Notes under the pieces: model-generated | Databases searched by the model: none | Told to the model about the DNA's origin: nothing | Seen by the model: the letters and a program-made list of their open reading frames with translations, nothing else | Translations under genes and position numbers: made by a program | Origin: Eledone cirrhosa | Lineage: Eukaryota | Direction: 5' to 3' | Length of the DNA stretch: 64,000 bases | NCBI GenBank assembly: GCA_964016885.1 | Contig: OZ024741.1 | Span: 11,842,001 to 11,906,000, forward strand | In this document: in pieces, positions 28,271 through 39,200 of the stretch | Numbering within the stretch: the stretch's first letter is position 1 | Layout: each line of letters begins with the position of its first letter

Positions 28271-28419
28271 CCAGTACTAGACTGGTACTTTTTTATCGAC
28301 CTCTAAAGGATAGAAGGCAAAGTTGACATCGGAGGGATTTGAACTCAGATTTGAGAGCAGAATGCCCGAACGAATAGTGCAAGGTATTCTATCCGACTTT
28401 CTGACAACTTCGCTTATTA
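28271..28419 (-). mobile_element. tRNA-derived SINE, diverged copy (same family as 30523-30718)
   Basis: Minus strand has B-box-like GAGTTCAAATCCC followed by AACTTTGCCTTCTATCCTTTAGAGGTCGATAAAAAAGTACCAGT, matching the plus-strand copies. Confidence 0.8.
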
Positions 28420-28980
<561 letters not shown>

Positions 28981-29128
28981 ATTGGGTGGAAATCTGAGTT
29001 CCAATGCTGATAGATTTGACTTCTGGTAATTTATGAGGTCTGCTACAGAAATCCCTCTGAAGGAGCGCCGCCTCGTTGACAACTAATTAATAATTTCCGA
29101 GATACTTGGACCAGCTTTTCCATTTTAA

Positions 29129-29304
<176 letters not shown>

Positions 29305-29474
29305 CGTGTACTGATTATAGTGATTTAGCGGGTTAATAAACTTTATATTGCGTAGCAATGGCGACAGATTTCAGTTTTGAAGTTTACCGCCGTAAATCTT
29401 AGCTGAATTATTGACATTAGTCACGGTACCTAAAGTAACTGAAACGAAACGATTAACCGTTTTTCTTTGATTGT

Positions 29475-29611
29475 ATAACATTCTATTTTATAATATACAT
29501 TTACTTTATACATACATATATATATATATATACATATAACATTCTATTTTATAATATTCATTTACTTTATACATATATATATACATATATATATATACAT
29601 ACCTATATATG

Positions 29612-29670
<59 letters not shown>

Positions 29671-29716
29671 ACATATATATATATGTACATATATATATGT
29701 GTGTATGTGTGTGTAT
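29475..29716. repeat. Short direct duplication (TATAACATTCTATTTTATAATA...TTTACTTTATACATA x2) plus (TA)n
   Basis: Copies start at ~29475 and ~29535. Confidence 0.9.
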
Positions 29717-29979
29717 AGGTTTTTTCATTGATATATTCTCTTTTAAATTTAAAAAAAAAACGTTATTAAATTATTACTTTTTTAATTTCTTTTCTATTAA
29801 TTTCACGAATTTAAATGAAAAAACTACATGTATTTCTTGTATATAAATCAATTGAAGGGATTTAAGGAAATCCCACTTTATTTTCTTCTAGATTTCCTTC
29901 TGTCTTGCTTTCATTTTTCCCTTTCTCTTTTTTCCCTTGTACATAATTTGTCGTCGGTATGTTATTGGGCATTCATGTG

Positions 29980-30110
29980 TATACATACACACACACACAC
30001 ACACACATACACACACACTCACACACATACACACACACTCACACACACATATATATATATCTATATATATATATATATATACATATATATATGTGTGTGT
30101 GTGTGTGTGT
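29980..30110. repeat. Compound (CA)n-(TA)n-(TG)n microsatellite
   Basis: Direct reading. Confidence 0.95.
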
Positions 30111-30145
30111 TTGAGTAAGACCACAAACCCTCCATCTCAATTCTG

Positions 30146-30181
30146 CTTTTGAAAAGCAGAAGAACTGCGAAACCGGTAAAG
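30146..30181 (+). ncRNA. Degenerate minimal hammerhead-like motif (family C)
   Basis: CTT TTGAAAA GCAG-aagaa-CTGC GAAA CCGG TA AAG: stem II, GAAA, palindromic ACCGGT stem III, GTA triplet and a downstream AATAAA are present, but the core has two deviations from CTGANGA. Confidence 0.4.
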
Positions 30182-30405
30182 GAACCAAATAAATATATAT
30201 TTAAAAAAAAGAAAGACTCCAGCTGCATTTTCGATTTCATCTTTTTTCCTTACATATATATATATACACGTTAAGGGTGAAAGCAGCGATTCTTTGCTTA
30301 AACTTTAATCTGTTATTTTAATAAATATTTTCTCTAGGGTTGTTATATATTTGATATATATTTATCCTTATCGAGTCCTCTTTGGATTTTAGTCTTCACA
30401 TTTAT

Positions 30406-30521
30406 GCCGAGGTTAACCTTGCCTTTCATCCTTACGGGGTCGATAAAATAAAGTACCAGTAATTTACTGGGTAATTGCTGGCCTTGTGCCTAAACTAGAA
30501 ACAATTTTTATTATTATTATT
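30406..30521 (+). mobile_element. tRNA-derived SINE, 5'-truncated copy with (TTA)n tail
   Basis: Nearly identical to 30609-30718 (TTGCCTTTCATCCTTACGGGGTCGATAAAATAAAGTACCAGTAA...GCTGGCCTTGTGCCTAAA). Confidence 0.88.
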
Positions 30522-30522
30522 A

Positions 30523-30718
30523 GGCGGTTGATTGGCAGTATCGGTAGAGGGTCGGACGCCATGCTTTCCAGCATAGTTACGTCCCTTTACGATCTGAGTT
30601 CAAATCCCGCCGAGGTTGACTTTGCCTTTCATCCTTACGGGGTCGATAAAATAAAGTACCAGTAATGCACTGGGTAATTGCTGGCCTTGTGCCTAAAGTA
30701 GAAACAATTGTTATTATT
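30523..30718 (+). mobile_element. tRNA-derived SINE, near full length
   Basis: A-box-like TGGCAGTATCGG (30533-30544), B-box-like GAGTTCAAATCCC (30596-30608), a body shared with three other copies in the window, and a TTA tail. Confidence 0.88.
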
Positions 30719-31043
30719 AATATTCCTTGAGTCTCAGTCATTGATGTTATTTAACTGGAAAGTTTGTCGAAATGAATATCAAGCCACTACCTGCAGCCTC
30801 AGATATTCAGGACGTATCGGAGGGTTCTTGCTGTTCCCAACAAGCATGCCTTTTGAAGTGTTCCAAAAAGCGGGACGGGACCAATTTTCTTTAACCATCC
30901 TTGGAAACTCTTTGAGATAGTCCCTAGTGCGCCTATGACAATCGGGGCCACTTTGACTTCATAGCAGTTCCTAATCCTTTTTACCTCCCACTTTAAGTCC
31001 TGGTATCGGTTAATTTTCTCCCTCTCCTTCTCTTGCACTCTAG

Positions 31044-31044
<1 letters not shown>
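30712..31044 (-). mobile_element. 5'-truncated R4/Dong-like non-LTR retrotransposon 3' end (RLE C-terminus, stop at 30799, ~85-bp 3' UTR)
   Basis: Reads TRVQEKEREKINRYQDLKWEVKRI...PIVIGALG...LQKACLLGTARTLRYVLNI*, the characteristic C-terminus of R4-clade restriction-like endonucleases. Both ends abut TAA repeats on the minus strand, the known Dong target. Confidence 0.85.
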
Positions 31045-31106
<62 letters not shown>

Positions 31107-31161
31107 TATATACATACATACATACATACATACATACATACATACATACATACATACATAC
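31045..31161. repeat. Compound (TTA)n-(TA)n-(TACA)n microsatellite between two LINE fragments
   Basis: Direct reading. Confidence 0.97.
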
Positions 31162-31546
31162 ACATCTGTTGTGGAGATCAGCTGCCCACTTGATGTAAAC
31201 GTTGTCAGAAAAATACAGGAGAAGGAGGACATCTACGGACCATTGATGAGGAGCTTACAAATCCAGTATCCAAGATACACCTTTAGCTTCATACCCATCA
31301 TTATTGGTGCTACGGGTTATATACCAACCCGCTTGGACCAAAGTATGACCGAACTTGGATTTGCGGACAAAAAGCGCAGCTCCCTAATTCATAGTCTACA
31401 AATGGCTGCGATAGCTGGCACCTTCAAAATATGCAAAACATTCTTGCGATTCAAGGGATGACAATTTCTTTTCTTTTACAACCTTGCCACCAGGAAGGTG
31501 GCCGGTCAAAAAAAAAATATACTCGAAATTAAGAGAAAGAGAAAAC
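31162..31546 (+). mobile_element. 5'-truncated RLE-type (R4-like) non-LTR retrotransposon 3' end, second family (stop at 31461)
   Basis: Reads VVEISCPLDVNVVRKIQEKEDIYGPL...FIPIIIGATG...LQMAAIAGTFKICKTF, with the E-x-S-C-P, EK..Y, PxxIGAxG and LQ...GT..I motifs of RLE C-termini. Flanked by (TACA)n on both sides. Confidence 0.8.
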
Positions 31547-31659
31547 ATACATACATACATACACGTAAGTGTGTGCGTGTCCTTATGTGTATACATATAT
31601 ACACATATATATTGGAAAAATAGAAAAAGTATACACATGATTTTATTGCATACATACAT

Positions 31660-31680
31660 GTATATGCATATATGTATATA

Positions 31681-31766
<86 letters not shown>

Positions 31767-31782
31767 CATACATATACATATA
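31660..31782. repeat. (TA)n/(TACA)n microsatellite
   Basis: Direct reading. Confidence 0.95.
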
Positions 31783-32675
31783 CTTTTTCTATTTTGCCAA
31801 CTTTCTAACGTATATTATTTATCTTGAATCAACATAGACTTGCATATTTCAACTCATTTCTTATAAACATAACACACCCACACTATTGGGTATCTACTCT
31901 TCGGGTGTTGTTATTGTTGTATAACAATGTCCTATACTTTGTTACATAATATACACAATATAATATACACAAAATATATATACACACACTATTGCATGTC
32001 TTTCTTCTCTAAGTATAAACATACCTGCTTCGATTTTTCTTCTCGCTATATAGGTGGTGTATAAGTGTAGTGATGACGGAGACTCCGTGAGAAGATTTAA
32101 ATTATAAGTATCCCTGGTCGTGACAAATGTGGGTACCACTGGTCTGGATCATATGGTGACTATAACACCCCTTCGTTCCTCTACAATACGACATCAACAT
32201 AACTGGAAGCGGTTATTTTGATTTCAAAAACTGAGGATTCCGTAGAGGTATGCAAAGTATTCATGTTCATTCCACTGTCTTCTGAAACCAAAGCCTGTGT
32301 GAGAAATGTTTCAGCTTTCATCCTATAACAGTTGATGACATAAGTATTTATATCAGTTCACTAGTCCGGATAAGATTTTTTCATGTTGTGAGAGACGAAA
32401 GATTTAGTCGGAAAGAGTGAAAAAACTTATAGAAGTTGTTAATTCCCCACTAACACAGCTACTGTACTGTACCAGTTATATTCTATGTTAACTCATCACT
32501 ATTACAACTACAATACTATAACAGAAAGTTATCCAAACTAACAAGCCCACCTTTACCGAACCAAACACTTGTAACTCAAACATCTCGCTCCACTTTTTTT
32601 AAATAGTAAATATTTTATATAGTTAAATCTCAATATTTATTAATTTCACTGTGGTTTTTATTATTCACTATAGAT

Positions 32676-33216
32676 TGTAATGTGGTCGTGTAGGTGTCAC
32701 GACAAAAAGCACCCAGTCCACACTGTAAATGTGGTCGTGTAGGTGTCATGATACAAATCATCCAGTCCACACTGTAATGTGGTCGTGTAGGTGTCACGAC
32801 AAAAAGCACCTAGTCCACACTGTAAATGTGGTCGTGTAGGTGTCATGATACAAATCATCCAGTCCACACTGTAAAGTGGTCGTGTAGGTGTCACGACAAA
32901 AGGCACCTAGTCCACACTGTAAAGTGGTCATGTAGGTGTCATGACACAAATCATCCAGCCCACACTGTAAAGTGGCCATGTAGGTGTTACGACAAAAGGC
33001 ACCTAGTCCACACTGTAAAGTGGTCATGTAGGTGTTACGACAAAAGGCACCTAGTCCACACTATAAAGTGGCCATGTAGGTGTCACGACAAAAAGCATCC
33101 AGTCCACACTGAAAAGTGGTCGTGTAGGCGTCATGACACAAATCATCCAGCCCACACTGTAAAGTGGTCGTGTAGGTGTTACGACAAAAAGCACCTAGTC
33201 CACACTGTAAATGTGG
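32676..33216 (+). repeat. 48-bp minisatellite, 11 units of two alternating variants
   Basis: Unit CACACTGTAAAGTGGTCGTGTAGGTGTCACGACAAAAGGCACCTAGTC (A) or ...CATGATACAAATCATCCAGTC (B). Order is A B A B A B A A hybrid B A; period 48-49 bp. Confidence 0.96.
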
Positions 33217-33368
33217 TTGGCGCTAGGAAAGGCATCCAGCCGTAGAATCCAAGCCAGAAACAGTTCTGTATGAGCAAGACACGAACATCTGATCTGGCTT
33301 GTCTTACAACAGGACAACTCGTCTAACCCATGCTAGCTTGGAAAAATGGACGTTGAACGTTGATGATA
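33201..33368 (+). mobile_element. 3' part of a second SINE family with an RTE-like tail
   Basis: GTGGTTGGCGCTAGGAAAGGCATCCAGCCGTAGAA and the tail GTCTAACCCATGCTAGCTTGGAAAAATGGACGTT...TGATGAT resemble recalled cephalopod SINE sequences. It continues in register from the last minisatellite unit. Confidence 0.6.
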
Positions 33369-33728
33369 TCACAGAAGTTGAAATATAATATAGAAAGTAG
33401 AGAAAATATCGTATATTTATTATTTTTGCACTTACTCATTTCCTGAGAATTTTTATATTCCAAGAGACCGATGGCTTAGTTCTTTTATAGCATTAGTAAA
33501 TATGGCCTAGATATATCTTTTAGATTTGATATTATCGGGTCAAAGCTAAGTCTCCCAGAAACTTTGGGGCCCTCATTTCCCTAAAGTTATATGTGTTCTG
33601 ACGCACTCTCTCGAATTTTGAATCAATTATCCAATGTCTTATTTATTGGTGTTAGGATATTAAATGTTTCCAATTCGTGAAAAGACAATGCAGTGATATT
33701 TGAAGTTGGATCATAACAGAGTGAAGTC

Positions 33729-33865
33729 AACTTTGATCCAGCTCACCAGCAGCAATGGACTATGATTCAGCTCACCAGCTATAATGAACTTTACCTCAGC
33801 TCACTAGCTGTAATGAACTTTGATCCAGCGCACCAGCTAGACTGAACTTTGACCCAACTCACCAT
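33729..33865. repeat. 29-bp diverged minisatellite, ~5 copies
   Basis: Consensus GAACTTTGATCCAGCTCACCAGCTGTAAT; CAGCTCACC recurs at 33739, 33768 and onward. Confidence 0.9.
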
Positions 33866-33957
33866 ATGTCCATTCACAGAAATTCAGTAAAATACTTCTT
33901 CAAGAATACAACAAAATATTTGGAAATATAAAGGAATAAATGGTAGCTATATATACT

Positions 33958-34255
33958 TGTGTGTGTGTGTGTGTGTGTGTGTTAGTGTGAGTGTGAGAGA
34001 GAGGGGAGGGGGGGGGGGGATAGAGAAAGAGAGAGTAAGAGAGTCGTTGTCTGTAAGGGCCTCTGTGTGTATCGCCTTTGTGTATGTAGGCCAGTGTAAA
34101 TGCCTGCATGTGTATGCTTGTTTGTTTAATGTAAATAAAAGGTAGCTATGTGTGTGTGTTTGCATGTATGGGAGAGAGAGAAAGAGAGTCCCCGTGAGAG
34201 CCTCTGTGTGTGGGTGTGTGCGTGTGTGTGTGTGTGAGTGGGTGTTTAACGTGAA
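33958..34255. repeat. TG/GA-rich low-complexity region with a diverged ~180-bp duplication
   Basis: GAGAGTC...G(G/A)GCCTCTGTGTGT...GTTTAA(T/C)GT(A/G)AATAAA occurs twice (~34039-34140 and ~34184-34260). Confidence 0.7.
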
Positions 34256-34542
34256 TAAATGACTCTCTGCGGTGTTACACTGTTTACACAATATCAAAAG
34301 ATGTCTTGTTTGTCCGTTTCCTAGTTTCACTCTTGGATTGTGCCAGATGTCTTTTGTTAGTTTCCTAGTTTCACTTTACTTTTGGCTGTGTAGATATACA
34401 AAGGGGGCCATTTATGTGTGAACCATCATACAAGTTCATATTTATATTTCTTGACGGAATCTCATGTAAGTCTTACTCAATGAAGCTATACAGTACATCG
34501 AAGGTTTTAGGAAAAGTTGTTATTAATTGTTATAGAACAACT

Positions 34543-34704
34543 TTCTGGATTCAAATCCCGCCGATGTTAGCTTTGCCTTTCATCCTTATGGGGTCGATAA
34601 AATAAAGTACCAGTCACGCATTTGGGTCGATTTAATCGAATTTCCCCTCCCCAACAAAATATTTGCTGGCCTTGTGCCTAAATCAGAAACCAATAATTGT
34701 TATT
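34543..34704 (+). mobile_element. tRNA-derived SINE, partial copy (B box to tail)
   Basis: GGATTCAAATCCCGCCGA...TTTGCCTTTCATCCTTATGGGGTCGATAAAATAAAGTACCAGT...GCTGGCCTTGTGCCTAAA. It has a longer internal segment than the 30.5-kb copies. Confidence 0.85.
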
Positions 34705-35149
34705 GAACAAGTAAACGAATTTATTTTTCCTGTTGGAGAATAATAGTAGACATTGAAGGGATGAGGTAAAACCTGTAAACATATGAAAATAATGTTAAGG
34801 GAAGATAAAAAAGAAACCTTATACTATTCTATTACACAATTACGTGCTACAGCCGACAGGCTAAGGTTATGCTGGGGCACCGCAATTGTAGAAGGATTTG
34901 CAACGCTTTACGATTTTACGTCTTCCTTCATTGTGTAAAAAAAATTCGTTAGTTTTGATAAAAAAAAAACCATATATAAACATAAGTATTACAACACGGC
35001 CATCTTTATTCTTACACCAGACATCTTTCAACATGTCTACCTAGTCATGTGACTGTTTACTTTTTATGTTTCTTTCTCTGACTTTCGTCTTTTCTTTGCC
35101 AGTATTTCATTTCAACGAAGAGGTAGAATTTTTTTTAAATATATTGTAT

Positions 35150-35209
35150 ACATGTAATGATTATAGCCTTATGTACACATACAAATTATATATATATATA
35201 TATATATAT

Positions 35210-35276
<67 letters not shown>

Positions 35277-35470
35277 TATACACACACACACACATACACA
35301 CACACAGACATATGTATGTATATATATATAATGAATATATCCATTACATGTAAATTCTATACATATATTGTATACATATATTGAGTATAACCTTATGTAC
35401 ACATACAATGACTATATCCTTATGTATACATATAAATTATATACACATGTTGTATATATATAGATTATAT
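35150..35470. repeat. (TA)n/(CA)n microsatellites with a repeated CCTTATGTACACATACAA motif
   Basis: Motif at ~35167, ~35391 and ~35418 around TA runs. Confidence 0.85.
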
Positions 35471-35677
35471 ACATATGTTAAATATAATGATTCCGTAAAC
35501 AGCAGGAAGCCAAGGGGAAAATAAATCCTTCTCGATTTTAGCCCAGGAGGCAGACGGGAGATCAATCTCTCCATATTGAAAATACATTAATTTTATGTTA
35601 CAGGTAAAGTGATGTTGTACATAGAATAGGTGACAGCATTGGCTTACTGTAGGAACGTCTTTATTACAGAGGCATGG

Positions 35678-35900
35678 AGTGGTGTTGGTGTTGGTGGTGG
35701 TGGTGGTGGTGGTGGTGGTGGTGGTGGTGGTGATGTGGGTGGTGGTGGTGGTGGTGTTGTTGTTGTGGTGGTGGTGGTGGTGGTGGTGGTGGTGGTGGTG
35801 GTGTTGTTGTTGTGGTGGTGGTGGTGGTGGTGTTGTTGTTGTTGTAGTGGTGGTGGCGGTGATGATGATGGTGGTGGTGGTGGTGTTGGCGGTGTTGGTG
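35678..35900. repeat. (GGT)n/(GTT)n/(GAT)n trinucleotide tract
   Basis: Direct reading. Confidence 0.97.
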
Positions 35901-36110
35901 GAACTGTACAATGCCAAGGCACGAAATGAAATCAATCATTTTATTTCAGTGGCCATGTTGTTCTCTAGTGGTAACATTGTTGGACATAGTATTACATGGT
36001 CACCTACAGGGCTAGATTTAGATTTAGCAAACCCCTAATTGAACAGCAAACCCCTAATTTTACATATCAAAGTTAGCTGGGAACCAATAATAGGATTTGA
36101 GAAGTTATAC

Positions 36111-36227
36111 CAGTGGTTCTCAACGTTTTTTTGCCAACGGCACACCTTGGAACACATAGAAAAGTAGCGGTACACCTGGCTAAAAATATATGAAACATAT
36201 TTGAATTTTACAAAATAAAAACGTGGC
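36111..36227 (+). mobile_element. Putative hAT (Charlie/Buster-like) element left terminus
   Basis: CAGTGGTTCTCAAC matches the Charlie-type TIR start. The preceding 8-mer AGTTATAC fits the nnnTAnnn TSD pattern. GG(C/T)ACACC subterminal motifs occur twice. The other end is not in the window. Confidence 0.5.
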
Positions 36228-39200
36228 AAGTCATAGACAGTATACAACTGTAGACACAGACTAGTCATAGTCCGTATACAACTGTAGACATAGACTAGTC
36301 ATTGACGGTATACAACTGTAGACACAGACTAGTCATACACGGTATAAAACTGTAGACATAGACTAGTCATAGACGGTATACAACTGTAGACACAGACTAG
36401 TTATAGACAGTATACAACTGTAGACACAGACTAGTCATACACGGTATAAAACTGTAGACATAGACTAGTCATAGACGGTATACAACTGTAGACATAGACT
36501 AGGCATAGACGGTATACAACTGTAGACATAGACTAGGCATACACGGTATACAACTGTAGAGAGAGACTAGGCATAGACGGTATACAACTGTAGACACAGA
36601 CTAGTCATAGACGGTATACAACTGTAGACATAGACTAGTCATACACGGTATACAACTGTAGACAGAGACTAGGCATAGACGGTATACAACTGTAGTCACA
36701 GACTAGTCATAGACAGTATACAACTGTAGACATAGACTAGTCATACACGGTATACAACTGTAGACATAGACTAGTCAGAGACGGTATACAACTGTAGACA
36801 CAGACTAGTCATAGACGGTATACAACTGTAGACATAGACTAGTCATACACGGTATACAACTGTAGACACAGACTAGTCATAGACGGTATACAACTGTAGA
36901 CATACACTAGGCATAGACGGTATACAACTGTAGACACAGACTAGTCATAGACGGTATACAACTGTACACATAGACTAGTCATACACGGTATACAACTGTA
37001 GACACAGACTAGTCATAGACGGTATACAACTGTAGACATAGACTAGTCATACACGGTATACAACTGTAGACAGAGACTAGGCATAGACGGTATACAACTG
37101 TAGACATAGACTAGTCATACACGGTATACAACTGTAGACATAGACTAGTCATAGACGGTATACAACTGTAGACATAGACTAGTCATAGACGGTATACATC
37201 TGTAGACACAGACAAGTCATAGACGGTATACAACTGTAGACACAGACTAGTCATAGTCGGTATACAACTGTAGACACAGACTAGGCATAGACGGTATACA
37301 ACTGTAGACATAGACTAGTCATAGACGGTATACAACTGTAGACACAGACTAGGCATAGACGGTATACAACTGTAGACATAGACTAGTCATAGACGGTATA
37401 CAACTGTAGACACAGACTAGGCATAAAACGGTATACAACTGTAGACATAGACTAGTCATACACGGTATACAACTGTAGACACAGACTAGTCATAGACGGT
37501 ATACAACTGTAGACACAGACTAGTCATAGACGGTATACAACTGTAGACACAGACTAGGCATAGACGGTATACAACTGTAAACACTGACTAGTCATAGACG
37601 GCATACAACTGTAGACACAGACTAGGCATAGACGGTATACAACTGTAGACACAGACTAGTCATACACGGTATACAACTGTAGACACAGACTAGGCATAGA
37701 CGGTATACAACTGTAGACATAGACTAGTCATAGACGGTATACAACTGTAGACACAGACTAGCCATAGACGGTATACAACTGTAGACATAGACTAGTCATA
37801 GACGGTATACAACTGTAGACACAGACTAGCCATAGACGGTATACAACTGTAGACATAGACTAGTCATAGACGGTATACAACTGTAGACACAGACTAGCCA
37901 TAGACGGTATACAACTGTAGACATAGACTAGTCATAGACGGTATACAACTGTAGACACAGACTAGGCATAGAGGGTATACAACTGTAGACACAGACTAGT
38001 CATACACGGTATACAACTGTAGACACAGACTAGTCATAGACGGATTACAACTGTAGACACAGACTAGCCATAGACGGTATACAACTGTAGACACAGACTA
38101 GGCATAAACGGTATACAACTGTAGACATACACTAGTCATAGACGGTATACAACTGTAGACATAGACTAGGCATAGACGGTATACAACTGTAGACACAGAC
38201 TAGTCATACACGGTATACAACTGTAGACACAGACTAGTCATACACGGTATACAAATGTAGACACAGACTAGTCATACACGGTATACAACTGTAGACACAG
38301 ACTAGTCATAGTCGGTATACAACTGTAGACACAGACTAGGCATAGACGGTATACAACTGTAGAAATAGACAAGTCATAGTCGGTATACAACTGTAGACAC
38401 AGACTAGGCATAGACGGTATACAACTGTAGATATAGACTAGTCATAGACGGTATACAACTGTAGACACAGACTAGTCATAGACGGTATACAACTGTAGAC
38501 ACAGACTAGCCATAGACGGTATACAACTGTAGACACAGACTAGTCATAGACGGTATACAATTGTAGACATAGAAAAGTCATACACGTTATACAACTGTAG
38601 ACACAGACTAGGCATAGACGGTATACAACTGTAGACACAGACTAGTCATAGACGGTATACAACTGTAGACATAGACTAGGCATAGACGGTATACAACTGT
38701 AGACATACACTAGTCATAGACGGTATACAACTGTAGACACAGACTAGCCATAGACGGTATACATCTGTAGACACAGACTAGCCATATACGGTATACAACT
38801 GTAGACATACACTAGTCATAGTCGGTATACAACTGTAGACACAGACTAGTCATAGACGGTATACAACTGTAGACATAGACTAGTCATACACGGTATACAA
38901 CTGTAGACACAGACTAGTCATAGACGGTATACAACTGTAGACATACACTAGGCATAGACGGTATACAACTGTAGACACAGACTAGTCATAGACGGTATAC
39001 AACTGTACACATAGACTAGTCATACACGGTATACAACTGTAGACACAGACTAGTCATAGACGGTATACAACTGTAGACATAGACTAGTCATACACGGTAT
39101 ACAACTGTAGACAGAGACTAGGCATAGACGGTATACAACTGTAGACATAGACTAGTCATACACGGTATACAACTGTAGACATAGACTAGTCATAGACGGT

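Noticed and set aside
28980-29128. Unique island between microsatellites with CTGAAGGA
   Set aside because: It may be another decayed insert, but no GAAA box or convincing stems could be fitted.
30523-30612. tRNA gene
   Set aside because: A and B boxes are present but there is no cloverleaf, and it continues into a repeated SINE body.
32070-32095. TGATGA-CGGA-gac-TCCG hairpin as a hammerhead or C/D snoRNA box
   Set aside because: It lacks the leading C and the GAAA box, and no matching D box with a terminal stem was identified.
32676-33216. CRISPR-like appearance of the 48-bp array, and the 139-aa ORF at 32826-33245
   Set aside because: The apparent spacers are just two related recurring variants, there are no cas genes and the context is eukaryotic. 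The ORF is open only because 48 is divisible by 3.
35648-35903. Possible minus-strand Pro/Thr/His-rich exon bounded by TACAG and GTAAGC
   Set aside because: The content is a trinucleotide microsatellite that drifts between homopolymer types, and no partner exons were found. Spliced RNA-seq reads would be needed to revive it.
36007-36060. CAGGGCTAGATTTA as a second DNA-transposon end, with AGCAAACCCCTAATT x2 as telomere-like repeats
   Set aside because: No partner TIR or TSD is visible, and two 15-bp copies do not form a telomeric array.
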